A DNA stretch of 64,000 nucleotides from Pirellulales bacterium (lineage in GTDB: Bacteria; Planctomycetota; Planctomycetia; Pirellulales; JAICIG01), in contig JBBDYJ010000020.1 in assembly GCA_040901675.1 (NCBI GenBank), positions 1 through 64,000 of the forward strand, given 5' to 3'. How positions within the stretch are numbered: the stretch's first letter is position 1; every line of letters starts with the position of its first letter. Shown here in pieces: positions 1-8,918 of this stretch. A model generated the notes under the pieces. The model saw only the letters and a list, made by a program, of their open reading frames with translations. It searched no databases and was not told the DNA's origin. The translations under genes were made by a program, and so were the position numbers.

Positions 1-181
1 GGATGCGGCCGTTGGGGTACGTCATCGACGTGCGGCGGACGTGGTTGGCGCTGCCGTCGGCGTAGGCGTACTGCACCTTGGGTGTCGTTGAGACGTTCAC
101 GGCCCCACCGTGCTCCTGGTACTCGGCCACCAACTGCCCGAAACTATTGTAAACGAACTGGACGTCATTCACCACGTTTCC
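1..181 (-). pseudogene. Rhs/YD-repeat protein fragment with no N-terminus; continues beyond the left edge of the window
   Basis: Minus strand reads GNVVNDVQFVYNSFGQLVAEYQEHGGAVNVSTTPKVQYAYADGSANHVRRTSMTYPNGRI, which has Rhs-core motifs (Y-N-x-x-G-Q-L, YPNGR). The frame is closed by an in-frame TAG about 110 nt upstream. Confidence 0.7.
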
Positions 182-579
182 GGCGCCAAGGTCACCAGCG
201 CCCCCTGCACGCCAAAGGCCCGGCGCCGCGGCCTTCGTCCCTCTGCCCGCCTTATCCCTTGCGTCCCGCTGCCTCTTCCTCTGTCCACACTAAATTATAT
301 ACATAATGTTGAACACAACCCATTGACATGCAGCCGCCACCTGCGGTATAGAGGAGGCAGGCGAAAACACTGAAGCGGGAAGGAGGGAGCCGGGGATCGG
401 GGAAGAGCCACTAGGGCGACACGGCCGCCGCTCGCGGATAGAACGGCCATTCCGCCACAGGCGGACCTGCTGCACGGATCAGCCGACAGGGACCAAACAG
501 CAAAGAGCCAAGCCCAAAGCACCGAGACCTCTGCCTTTTTTCCGTGGCGTCTCCGTGACCTCCGTGCCTCAGTGCTGAG

Positions 580-702
580 TATCTCTTCGTCGTCCCAGTA
601 CCAAAACCAAACTACCCAGTAGACTCCATCTTCCCCAAGTTCCGGATTGTTCGGATTAAAGTCGCGAAAAGTGGTGAACAACTCAATTGCCTCAATTGCC
701 AA
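580..702 (-). other. Short low-GC coding remnant (AIEAIELFTTFRDFNPNNPELGEDGVYWVVWFWYWDDEEI), possibly from an immunity gene
   Basis: AT-rich, aromatic and acidic stretch between short tandem repeats, upstream of the Rhs fragment. The function is inference only. Confidence 0.3.
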
Positions 703-711
703 AAGTGGTCG

Positions 712-905
712 GGGGCCAGTGGCCAGTGGTCAGCACGCGACGGACTCCGGTACGCGACCGAAGAACAAAGAACCAAGTCCCAAGCACCAAGATCCACTTC
801 TGACTTCTGACCCTTAAATCACCGAAAATTGGGAAACAACTCATCCTCGTAGTTCCTGGTTTCTAGCAAACCAGCAACCAGCAACCACTTCTTACTTCTG
901 GCCGT
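712..905. repeat. Clusters of degenerate heptamer tandem repeats
   Basis: ggccagt-ggccagt-ggtcagc; aaagaac-caagtcc-caagcac-caagatc-cacttct-gacttct; ccagcaa-ccagcaa-ccacttc-ttacttc. Confidence 0.75.
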
Positions 906-967
906 CCTCCGTCTGTTCGTCCGGTCACCGCCACCGCCCGGCAGACGCGCGGAGTTCAAAACCACTT

Positions 968-1013
968 AACGAAATCCGTTCTACCACGGCAAACGGAATG
1001 AATTCCGTTCTAC
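968..1013 (-). repeat. GTAG-type REP family A (GTAG-AACGGAA-N4-TTCCGTT), one intact and one degenerate copy
   Basis: 992-1013 aacggaatgaattccgttctac. The same family occurs at 5034, 38624, 38748, 51179, 51207, 55625 and 55677. Confidence 0.85.
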
Positions 1014-1083
1014 GAGGAAGCCTTGCCCGCCGACCGGGTGATTCTTTAAGCTGATCGGCTTTCCAGCCGGGATTGGCACGTCC

Positions 1084-2661
1084 ATGGTCCGCACCCGCTT
1101 CGCCCCCAGCCCGACCGGTTATCTGCACATCGGCGGAGTACGCACGGCACTCTTCTGCTGGCTGTTCGCGCGGCGGCACGGAGGGCAGTTCCTGCTCCGC
1201 ATCGACGATACCGACCAACAGCGGAACGTCGAGGCGGCCCTGCAGCCCATCCTCCACGGCTTCCGCTGGCTGGGCATCGACTGGGACGAAGGACCCGAAG
1301 TGGGCGGCCCGTATCAGCCTTATTACCAGTCGCAACGGCTTGCCGCGTACCAGGCCGCCGTCGAGAAGCTGCTGGCCGGCGGGTTTGCGTATCGCGATTA
1401 CGCCACCAGCGAAGAGATTCAGGCCGAACGCACGGATGCCGAGCGGGCCAAGCGGCCGTTCCTCTACAGCCGCAAGTGGATGGCCGAGACGCCGGCCGAC
1501 CGGGCTCGCTTCGAGGCCCAGGGGCGCAGGGCCGTGGTCCGCTTGAAGATGCCCCGCCAAGGAACGCTGGTCATCCACGACCTGGTCCGCGGCGACGTCG
1601 AGTTCGAGTGGGCCCGCGAACAGGACCACGTCGTTCAGCGGGCCGACGGCTCGTGCCTCTATCACCTGGCCAGCGTGGTCGACGACTTCGATTTCCGCAT
1701 CAGCCACGTGATCCGCGCTGAAGAGCACCTGTCGAACACGCCGCGGCAGATCTTCATCGCCCAGTCGCTGGACTATCCGCTGCCGGCCTACGCGCATCTG
1801 CCCTACGTGGCCGAACCGGGCAGCAAGAACAAGCTCAGCAAGCGCAAGCTCGACAAGTACCTCAAGAACCGCGACTTCGCGCAAGTGAACGAGCACGGCC
1901 TGGCCATCGCGGCCGCCTTGGGCCTGGAAACCACTGCCGACACGTTTAACCCCGTGATCGTCGACTTTTATGAGCAGGTCGGTTATCTGCCCGAAGCGCT
2001 CGTGAACTACCTGGTGCTGCTGGGCTGGTCGCTCGACGACAAGACCGAGTGGATGACCCGGCAGCAACTGATCGAGAACTTCTCGCTCGAACGGGTCACC
2101 AAAGCCCCCGCCAGCTTCGACCCCAAAAAGCTCTGGGCTTTTCAGGACCATTACATGCAGCAGCTTGCGATCGACGAAAGAGTGACTCGCATGATGCCGT
2201 ACCTGGTCCGAGCGGGGCTGGTCGCTGATCCGCCCCCCGGCGAGGCCTTCGAGCTCTTGGGCCGCATCGTCGAGGCCGCCGGCGACCGGTTGAAGGTGTT
2301 CGGCGACATCCTGGCCTACGCCGACTTTTTTTTCAACGACGCCTTTGCCTACGATCCAAAAGCCTTCGACGAGCACCTGGGCAAGCCGGACGCCGCCGAG
2401 CGGCTGTCGCGCTTCAAGGAGCGGCTTGCCGTGGTGGAGGCTTGGGACGTCGAATCGCTCGAACGGGCCATGCACGATTTTCTGGCGGCCGAGAGCCTGA
2501 AAATCGGCGCCATCATCCACACCGTCCGCGTGGCGGTCACCGGCAAGGCCGTCGGCCCCGGCTTGTACGACTGCCTGGAGATTCTGGGCCGCGACAAGTC
2601 GCTGACCCGCATGGATCGCGCGCTCGATGAGATCAGAAAACGCGGAAACGTGGATGGATAG
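1084..2661 (+). CDS. gltX: Glutamate--tRNA ligase
   Basis: RTRFAPSPTGYLHIGG (HIGH), LRIDDTD, KLSKR (KMSKS) and a C-terminal anticodon-binding domain. Confidence 0.97.
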   Translation: MVRTRFAPSPTGYLHIGGVRTALFCWLFARRHGGQFLLRIDDTDQQRNVEAALQPILHGFRWLGIDWDEGPEVGGPYQPYYQSQRLAAYQAAVEKLLAGGFAYRDYATSEEIQAERTDAERAKRPFLYSRKWMAETPADRARFEAQGRRAVVRLKMPRQGTLVIHDLVRGDVEFEWAREQDHVVQRADGSCLYHLASVVDDFDFRISHVIRAEEHLSNTPRQIFIAQSLDYPLPAYAHLPYVAEPGSKNKLSKRKLDKYLKNRDFAQVNEHGLAIAAALGLETTADTFNPVIVDFYEQVGYLPEALVNYLVLLGWSLDDKTEWMTRQQLIENFSLERVTKAPASFDPKKLWAFQDHYMQQLAIDERVTRMMPYLVRAGLVADPPPGEAFELLGRIVEAAGDRLKVFGDILAYADFFFNDAFAYDPKAFDEHLGKPDAAERLSRFKERLAVVEAWDVESLERAMHDFLAAESLKIGAIIHTVRVAVTGKAVGPGLYDCLEILGRDKSLTRMDRALDEIRKRGNVDG

Positions 2662-2685
2662 GGTGCGCCGTGTTTCCGTTCACGA

Positions 2686-2890
2686 GGCTGCTGGGGCACG
2701 CTACGACTCGACTGAGCTCGCGACTCGACTGAGCTCGCCGAAGTCCGAAGTCCGCTTTGCCGCCAGCCACCCGGGAGGAAAGACAAGGCGACAGGGCGAA
2801 CGCGGGGGGATACGGACGAAGCTGGGGCACGCTGACGCTTTGCCGCCAGCCACCCGTGTCCTCGTTCCGCCTTCCTCCTTCCTCCATCTC
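2686..2890. repeat. Repeat-rich spacer between convergent gltX and mscS
   Basis: 17-bp tandem duplication cgactcgactgagctcg x2; gctggggcacgct x2; tttgccgccagccacccg x2; heptamers ccgcctt-cctcctt-cctccat. Confidence 0.7.
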
Positions 2891-3440
2891 AGAGCCGCTT
2901 GACGACGATTTCCTTGGTGAACAGGTTGGCATTGGGCACTAGCACCAACTTGTCTTCCAGCTTGAGCGTCGTGTAGCGGAAGTCGATCGCCGTCACCGTC
3001 CCCTCGAGCCCGGCCACCGCCACGTGGTCGCCGCGGCGAAACGGCTCGTACACCAGGATCAAAATCCCGGCCAACAGGTTGGAGATGATGTCCTTGACCG
3101 CGAAGCCGATCGCAAACCCGGTCAGCCCCAGCCCCGCCACCAGCGCGCCCACGTCAATGCCCAACGTGGCGCAGGCGGTCACGGCGCCGAAGGTGAACAC
3201 CGTGATCTTCGCCGTCCACGACATCAGGCTCAGCACGTCGCTGTTGACGCGGGCCCTCGCTCCCACGCGGTTGATGAAGCGGGCGAGCAGGCTGGCCGCC
3301 AGCCAGAACAGCAACAGCACCAGCAGGCCCGCGGCCAGCTTGGGCATGAACAGCCAGATCCTCAGCACCAGTTCGTGCCACGCCTCGCGCGTCATGAGCA
3401 AGCTGTCCAAGGCCGTTCCTCCCAATGGGGTGTGGTACAC
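2889..3440 (-). CDS. mscS: Small-conductance mechanosensitive channel family protein (short form)
   Basis: [51 protein letters not shown]. The start codon is uncertain. Confidence 0.9.
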   Translation of the reverse strand: MYHTPLGGTALDSLLMTREAWHELVLRIWLFMPKLAAGLLVLLLFWLAASLLARFINRVGARARVNSDVLSLMSWTAKITVFTFGAVTACATLGIDVGALVAGLGLTGFAIGFAVKDIISNLLAGILILVYEPFRRGDHVAVAGLEGTVTAIDFRYTTLKLEDKLVLVPNANLFTKEIVVKRL

Positions 3441-3586
3441 GCGGTGCGCCTGCCGGCGTCGGCACGGCCAGTGTCCCGGCGGCTGGGCTCCGGCACACGT
3501 GTCCTGCCACTAAAGGGCCGATCTTATCGCTCAGGGCCGCTTGCTTCCAGCGAAGCTGCCGGTTGGCCGGCGGCCTCGGCCCGCGT

Positions 3587-4033
3587 ATGCTGGGAATCAT
3601 GCGGACCGAATCATCGAAGAAGAGCCTGGCGGCCCAGCGCAAGGCGGCCCACAAGCTGGGGATCGACCGGGCCCGCCGGCATATCCTGCTCTGCTGCGAT
3701 CGCCGCACCGCCAAATGCGCACCAGCCAGGCGGATGCGCGCCGCCTGGAACTATCTGAAGCGGAGATTGAAGGAGCTCGATCTGGCGGGCCGCGGCGGAG
3801 TGTATCGGACGCGCAGCGGCTGCCTGCGGATCTGCCAGGGGGGGCCGGTTGCCGTCGTTTATCCCGAGGGTGCCTGGTATGCCAATTGCGACCCGCCGGT
3901 GCTGGAGCGGATCATTCAAGAGCATCTCATCGGGGGGAGGGTGGTCGTCGATCACCTGATCATCGAGCAACCGCTGGACGCTGACGGCCCGGCGCGGGGC
4001 GCGGCTGCCTTGCATCGCGGTGGCGAGGGCTGA
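3587..4033 (+). CDS. Thioredoxin-like [2Fe-2S] ferredoxin
   Basis: RHILLCC...[34 protein letters not shown]. Start is ATG 3587 or 3599. Confidence 0.9.
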   Translation: MLGIMRTESSKKSLAAQRKAAHKLGIDRARRHILLCCDRRTAKCAPARRMRAAWNYLKRRLKELDLAGRGGVYRTRSGCLRICQGGPVAVVYPEGAWYANCDPPVLERIIQEHLIGGRVVVDHLIIEQPLDADGPARGAAALHRGGEG

Positions 4034-4097
4034 TAATTGCCCTCGGTCGCTCGGCATCAGCCACTGAAGTCAGCCACTGAAGAAGGACGCGCGTCGC

Positions 4098-5000
4098 ATG
4101 TCGCTGTTGGTTGTCGGCTCGATTGCCCTGGATAGCGTGCTGACGCCGACCGACGAGCGCAACGACGTGCTGGGCGGCTCGGCCGTCTATTTCTCCTACG
4201 CCGCCAGCTATTTCTCCCCCGTGCGGCTGGTGGGCGTGGTGGGCGACGACTGGCCGCACGAGCACACCCGGCTCCTCCAATCGCGGAACATCGACACGGC
4301 GGGGCTCGAGATGGTGCCCGGCGCGCGGACCTTTCGCTGGCGGGGCCGCTACGAGCCCAACATGAACGACCGCGAAACGCTGGAAGTCCATCTCAACGTG
4401 TTCGGCGACTTCAATCCGACATTGTCCGACGATTGCCGGCAAGCGAAGTTCTTGTTCCTGGCCAACGGGTCGCCCCTGTTGCAACTCCGCGTGCTCGACC
4501 AGGTCTGCGGACCCGTTTTGGCGGTCGCCGACACCATGGACCTCTGGATCAACATCAACCGCGACGAGCTGCTGACCCTGCTGCGGCGGCTCGACGGACT
4601 GGTGCTCAACGATGCCGAGGCACGGCTGCTCACCAACGACGAAAACCTGGTCCGCGCCGGCCACGCGGTCCGCCGCATGGGCCCCAAGTTCGTCGTCATC
4701 AAGAAGGGCGAGCATGGCGCCATGTTCTTCAGCGAACACGAGACCTACGTCATGCCCGCCTACCCCACGCCCCAGGTCGTCGACCCTACCGGCGCCGGCG
4801 ACAGCTTTGCCGGCGGCATGATGGGCTACCTGGCCGAGCAGGGAAACTTCGAGCCCAAGACCTTGAAGCAGGCCATGGCCTATGGGACCGTGGTGGCCAG
4901 CTTCACCGTCGAGGATTTCAGCCTGGAGCGGCTCAAGACGATTGCCCGCGGAGACCTGGATCGCCGCATGGACGAATACCGGCAAATGCTCAGCTTTTAG
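4098..5000 (+). CDS. PfkB-family carbohydrate/nucleoside kinase
   Basis: GSIALD, LGGSA, KKGEHGA, VDPTGAGDSFAGG. Confidence 0.93.
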   Translation: MSLLVVGSIALDSVLTPTDERNDVLGGSAVYFSYAASYFSPVRLVGVVGDDWPHEHTRLLQSRNIDTAGLEMVPGARTFRWRGRYEPNMNDRETLEVHLNVFGDFNPTLSDDCRQAKFLFLANGSPLLQLRVLDQVCGPVLAVADTMDLWININRDELLTLLRRLDGLVLNDAEARLLTNDENLVRAGHAVRRMGPKFVVIKKGEHGAMFFSEHETYVMPAYPTPQVVDPTGAGDSFAGGMMGYLAEQGNFEPKTLKQAMAYGTVVASFTVEDFSLERLKTIARGDLDRRMDEYRQMLSF

Positions 5001-5033
5001 ATCTGGAAATGGCGGTTGCCTTTCCCTGACGAA

Positions 5034-5056
5034 AACGGAATGCTCTTCCGTTCTAC
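5034..5056 (-). repeat. REP family A copy ending 2 nt before the thpR start codon
   Basis: aacggaatgctcttccgttctac. Confidence 0.75.
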
Positions 5057-5058
5057 AG

Positions 5059-5634
5059 ATGAACCGGACGCTACGCACCTTTGTCGCCGTCGAAGCCTCG
5101 TCCGAGGTCCGCTCGCGGGCCGCCCAGTTGATCGAGCGGCTCGGCCGGACGGCGGCCAAGGTGAAGTGGGTCGAACCGCACAATATGCACTTCACTTTGA
5201 AGTTTCTCGGCGACGTGGAGCTGCTCGACGTGCCGCGCGTTTGCCAAGCAGTCGCCGGGGCCGTGGCCGGCTTGCCCGCCTTCGAGGTGGTGGCGCACGG
5301 CGCCGGCGCCTTTCCCGGCGCCGAGCGGCCCCGCACCGTCTGGCTGGGGGTCGACCAGGGGGCCGAAGCGATGGTGGACCTGCACGCGGCCGTTGAAAGC
5401 GGGTTGCTGCTTTTGGGGTTCCGCTGCGAGCAGCGGCGCTTCCGGCCCCACCTGACCATCGGCCGCGTGCGGGGTGCGCCTCAGCCGGCGGCCGAGCTGG
5501 GACGGCTGGTGAGCCAAGAGGCCGACTTTACCGGGGGGGTGACCAGCGTCGACGAGGTGCTGGTGCTGTCGAGCGAGCTTGGGCGGGACGGCCCCAGCTA
5601 CGAAGTCTTGTGTACCGCGCCTCTAGAGGGTTGA
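5059..5634 (+). CDS. thpR: RNA 2',3'-cyclic phosphodiesterase (2H family)
   Basis: RTFVAV, two HxT motifs (HFTLKFLG, PHLTIGR), GAFP..RPRTVW; adjacent to recA. Confidence 0.93.
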   Translation: MNRTLRTFVAVEASSEVRSRAAQLIERLGRTAAKVKWVEPHNMHFTLKFLGDVELLDVPRVCQAVAGAVAGLPAFEVVAHGAGAFPGAERPRTVWLGVDQGAEAMVDLHAAVESGLLLLGFRCEQRRFRPHLTIGRVRGAPQPAAELGRLVSQEADFTGGVTSVDEVLVLSSELGRDGPSYEVLCTAPLEG

Positions 5635-5711
5635 ATCACGGGATTGAAGTTCTTTTCTTTCCTTCTGGAGGGACCCGCGGCTGATCCGGCCAAGCTACGG
5701 CAAAAAAGCTC

Positions 5712-5755
5712 TTGCACCGACTAGTGAACACCGATATAGTATTCATGTGTTCACT
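5712..5755 (+). promoter_or_regulatory. recA sigma70-type promoter overlapped by an inverted repeat (candidate LexA operators)
   Basis: ttgcac(5712)-N17-tatagt(5735); AGTGAACAC-N15-GTGTTCACT at 5723-5755. Confidence 0.75.
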
Positions 5756-5849
5756 GCCGGCTGGGGATTGTGCCCTGCCGGCTCGCCGGTTCTAACTTTC
5801 CAGAGAAGGATGCTTGTCCATGGTCAGCCTCACCCGGTCCAACCATCGC

Positions 5850-6983
5850 ATGCCCAAAAAAGAGACCCCCCTCACCAAAGCCGCCGCCACCAGGTCGGCC
5901 GGCAAATCGGACGGCCACGACGCCGCCGGCACGATGTTGGACGAGAACCCCAACCTGAAGAACACGCTGGCGCAGATCGAAAAACAATTCGGCGAGGGGG
6001 CGATCATGCCCTTGGGCACCGAGCACGGCCCTCGCATCGAAGGCATTTCCACCGGCAGCCTTTCGCTGGACCTGGCCCTGGGGGGGCAGGGGATTCCGCG
6101 AGGTAGAATTGTGGAGATCTATGGCCCTGAATCGAGCGGCAAGACGACCCTCGCCTTGCACGTGGTCGCCAGGGGCCAGCGAGCCGGCGGGATTGCCGCC
6201 TTCATCGATGCCGAGCACGCACTGGACCCGAGTTGGGCCAAGAAGCTCGGCGTGGAGCTGGAAACGCTGCTGGTCAGCCAGCCCGGCAGTGGCGAGGAGG
6301 CGATGCAGATCACCGAAATGCTCATCAAGTCGAACGCGGTCGACGTGATCGTGATCGACTCGGTGGCGGCCCTGGTGCCCCAGAAGGAACTCGACGGCGA
6401 GATGGGCGACGCGCACGTGGGCCTGCAAGCCCGCTTGATGAGCCAGGCCTTGCGCAAGCTGACCGGCGCGATTTCCAAGAGCAAGACCTCGGTGATCTTC
6501 ATCAACCAGATTCGCGAGAAGATCGGTGTCATGTTCGGCAGCCCCGAGACGACGCCTGGCGGCCGGGCGCTCAAGTTCTACAGCTCCTGCCGAATCGACG
6601 TTCGCCGGATCGGCCAGCTCAAGGAGGGCGAAGAGGTGGTCGGTCAGCGAGTTCGGGCCAAGGTAGTCAAAAACAAGGTGGCGCCTCCCTTCCGCGTCGC
6701 CGAGTTTGATATGATGCACACCAACGGCATCAGCTACACGGGCGACGTGCTCGACCTGGCGATCGCCCAAAAACTGGTGGTCCGCTCGGGAGCCTGGTTC
6801 CGCTACGGCGAGCTGCAACTGGGCCAGGGCCGCGAAAAGGCCCGGGCATACCTGGAAGAAAACGCGCCCCTGGTCGAAGAGCTGAAGACCAAGGTCCTGG
6901 CCGCGGGAGCCGGCGGCCCTGCCGCGGTCGGCGACAGCTCGACGCCGGACGGGGGCGATTCGGAGGCCGACGGGGAGGAATAG
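5850..6983 (+). CDS. recA: Recombinase RecA
   Basis: [55 protein letters not shown]. An alternative start is ATG 5820. Confidence 0.98.
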   Translation: MPKKETPLTKAAATRSAGKSDGHDAAGTMLDENPNLKNTLAQIEKQFGEGAIMPLGTEHGPRIEGISTGSLSLDLALGGQGIPRGRIVEIYGPESSGKTTLALHVVARGQRAGGIAAFIDAEHALDPSWAKKLGVELETLLVSQPGSGEEAMQITEMLIKSNAVDVIVIDSVAALVPQKELDGEMGDAHVGLQARLMSQALRKLTGAISKSKTSVIFINQIREKIGVMFGSPETTPGGRALKFYSSCRIDVRRIGQLKEGEEVVGQRVRAKVVKNKVAPPFRVAEFDMMHTNGISYTGDVLDLAIAQKLVVRSGAWFRYGELQLGQGREKARAYLEENAPLVEELKTKVLAAGAGGPAAVGDSSTPDGGDSEADGEE

Positions 6984-7053
6984 GTAGGACGGCCTTCCCA
7001 GGCCGTCTAAGGAATTAGGTAGGATGGCCTTCCTCCAAGAAAGCCCGTCCTAC
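6984..7053. repeat. GTAG REP family B cluster directly after the recA stop
   Basis: GTAG-GACGGCCT-tccc-AGGCCGTC, a second gtaggatggccttcc, and an inverted end ccgtcctac. The same family occurs at 15689. Confidence 0.8.
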
Positions 7054-7087
7054 GGGTTAAGTCACAACGACGCGAGAGCACCTGGCC

Positions 7088-8692
7088 ATGACGGATTTGA
7101 TTTTGGACCGGTACCACCCGACGCCCGCTGCGCCGCGGGCAGCAGCCGGCCTGGCTGGCTGGCTGCTGTCGGGGGCGGTTGTGCTGTTTTCCGCCTCGAC
7201 CTCGCGTGCCCAGGTTGAGGCGCCGCCGGACGGTTCGGGCGAAGCCGGCCGGCAGCTTCCGGACGAAACCGCCCAGGCGCAAGCGGATTGGGACCTGGTT
7301 TCGGCCTACGAGCGCGTGGTGGGCAGGGCCATCGCCCGTGCCGAAAAGTCGGTCGTCAGCATCGCGCGGAACAAGGTGCAGTCGCCTGAGCCGTTTGGGC
7401 CTGATCCTCGTGGCATTCCGTTTCGCTTCCGACGCAGCCCGGCTCCCCACGATCCGCGCGATCCTGAGTTCGTCCCCAACCAGTTCGGCACCGGGGTGGT
7501 CGTCGACCCCTCGGGTCTGGTGGTCACCAACTACCACGTGGTCGACAAAGACAGCGAGCACTATGTGACCACCATCGATCGCAAGGTGTTCAAGATGCGC
7601 ATCAAGGCGGCCGACCCGCGCAGTGACCTGGCCGTGCTTGAGGTGGCCCCGGACGAGGCGAATAAGCCGCGCGAGGGCGATTTCGTTCCGATCGTCCTTG
7701 GCAATGCCGATGAGCTGAAAAAGGGGGAAACGGTGATCGCCCTGGGCAATCCCTATGCCATTGCCCGCGACGGCCAGGTGAGCGCCAGCCGTGGCATCGT
7801 GGCCAATCTCTCGCGCAAGGTCGGCTTGCCCGCTTCGGCTGAGGACGAACTGCGAACGCTGCACAATTTCGGCACTTTGATCCAGACCGATGCCAAGCTC
7901 AATCTCGGCACCAGCGGCGGAGCGCTCATCAATCTGCGGGGAGAAATGGTCGGGCTCACCTCCTCCCTGGCTGCCACCGCCGGCTACGAGATGGCGGCCG
8001 GCTATGCCATTCCCGTCGACGAGACGTTCCGGCGCGTGCTCGACACCCTGAAAAAGGGACGCGAGGTGGAATACGGATTCCTGGGCATTGCTCCTCACTA
8101 CATCGACAGCCGCGACGTGCATCGCGGCGTGCGAGGCATCACGGTCAGAGAGGTGCGTTCCGGCACCCCGGCGCGGATGTTTGGCATCAACGAAATGGAT
8201 CGGATCACGCACGTCGATGGTGTGCCCATCTACGAGCCCGATGGCCTGCGGCTGCACGTCGGCAAGCTGCCTCCCCGGGCCACCACTACTCTGACCATCG
8301 AGCGGCAAAACGGCCAAACCAAACCGCTGCACGTGGTCTTGAGCAAGTACCGTGTCCGGGGTGAAAAAATTGTCACCGAGCGGCCCCCAGCCTGGCGCGG
8401 TTTGCGGGTCGATTTTTCGACCGCGGTCGTCCGCGACGATTTGCTGGAGGAGTTTCATAATCATTGCCTGGCCGTGAGCGAAGTCGAGCCTGACAGCCCC
8501 GCTTGGAAGGCCGGCCTGCGGCTGGCCGGCAATAGCTACACTGCCTACACCGGCGCCCTCATCAGCCACGTGGGAACCACTCCGGTCACCGACCCCGACG
8601 ACTTCTACCGGGCCGTGGCCGACCAGCGGGGACGCGTCCGCTTGACGGTCGTCAATCACGGCGAAGTCAGCTTCGTCGTCGTCGATCCGTAG
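7088..8692 (+). CDS. HtrA/DegP-like trypsin serine protease with PDZ domains, probably exported
   Basis: GTGVVV, TNYHVV (His), SDLAVL (Asp), ALGNP, IQTDAKLNLGTSGGAL (Ser), C-terminal PDZ-like segments, N-terminal hydrophobic stretch. Confidence 0.9.
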   Translation: MTDLILDRYHPTPAAPRAAAGLAGWLLSGAVVLFSASTSRAQVEAPPDGSGEAGRQLPDETAQAQADWDLVSAYERVVGRAIARAEKSVVSIARNKVQSPEPFGPDPRGIPFRFRRSPAPHDPRDPEFVPNQFGTGVVVDPSGLVVTNYHVVDKDSEHYVTTIDRKVFKMRIKAADPRSDLAVLEVAPDEANKPREGDFVPIVLGNADELKKGETVIALGNPYAIARDGQVSASRGIVANLSRKVGLPASAEDELRTLHNFGTLIQTDAKLNLGTSGGALINLRGEMVGLTSSLAATAGYEMAAGYAIPVDETFRRVLDTLKKGREVEYGFLGIAPHYIDSRDVHRGVRGITVREVRSGTPARMFGINEMDRITHVDGVPIYEPDGLRLHVGKLPPRATTTLTIERQNGQTKPLHVVLSKYRVRGEKIVTERPPAWRGLRVDFSTAVVRDDLLEEFHNHCLAVSEVEPDSPAWKAGLRLAGNSYTAYTGALISHVGTTPVTDPDDFYRAVADQRGRVRLTVVNHGEVSFVVVDP

Positions 8693-8918
8693 CCGCATTC
8701 GGCAGTCGTGCCACTGCTTGGAGGAGGCCGGCCGCGGTCTCCGAGAAGCAGTGCCGGTGTCATGCCACCATCCCGTGGGCCCGCCCGCGTGGGACCGTGT
8801 CATCCAACGTGCGCGAGCCGGGTTGTCGGCGCCTCGAGCAGCGCTAGTCGCCATCGGCTGCAATGGCTATCATCACTGGTTTAGTCGCTTCGAACTTGCA
8901 GCGGTCGTTTGAAAGCCC

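Noticed and set aside
295..315. tatacataatgttgaaca as another LexA box
   Set aside because: The half-site spacing does not fit the N4 pattern seen at recA and lexA.
930..970. gagttcaaa stretch as a tRNA T-loop or tRNA gene
   Set aside because: I could not fold a cloverleaf, acceptor stem or D-arm around it.
5059..6983. thpR-recA adjacency as a new RNA/DNA repair system
   Set aside because: This neighbourhood is common in many bacterial phyla.
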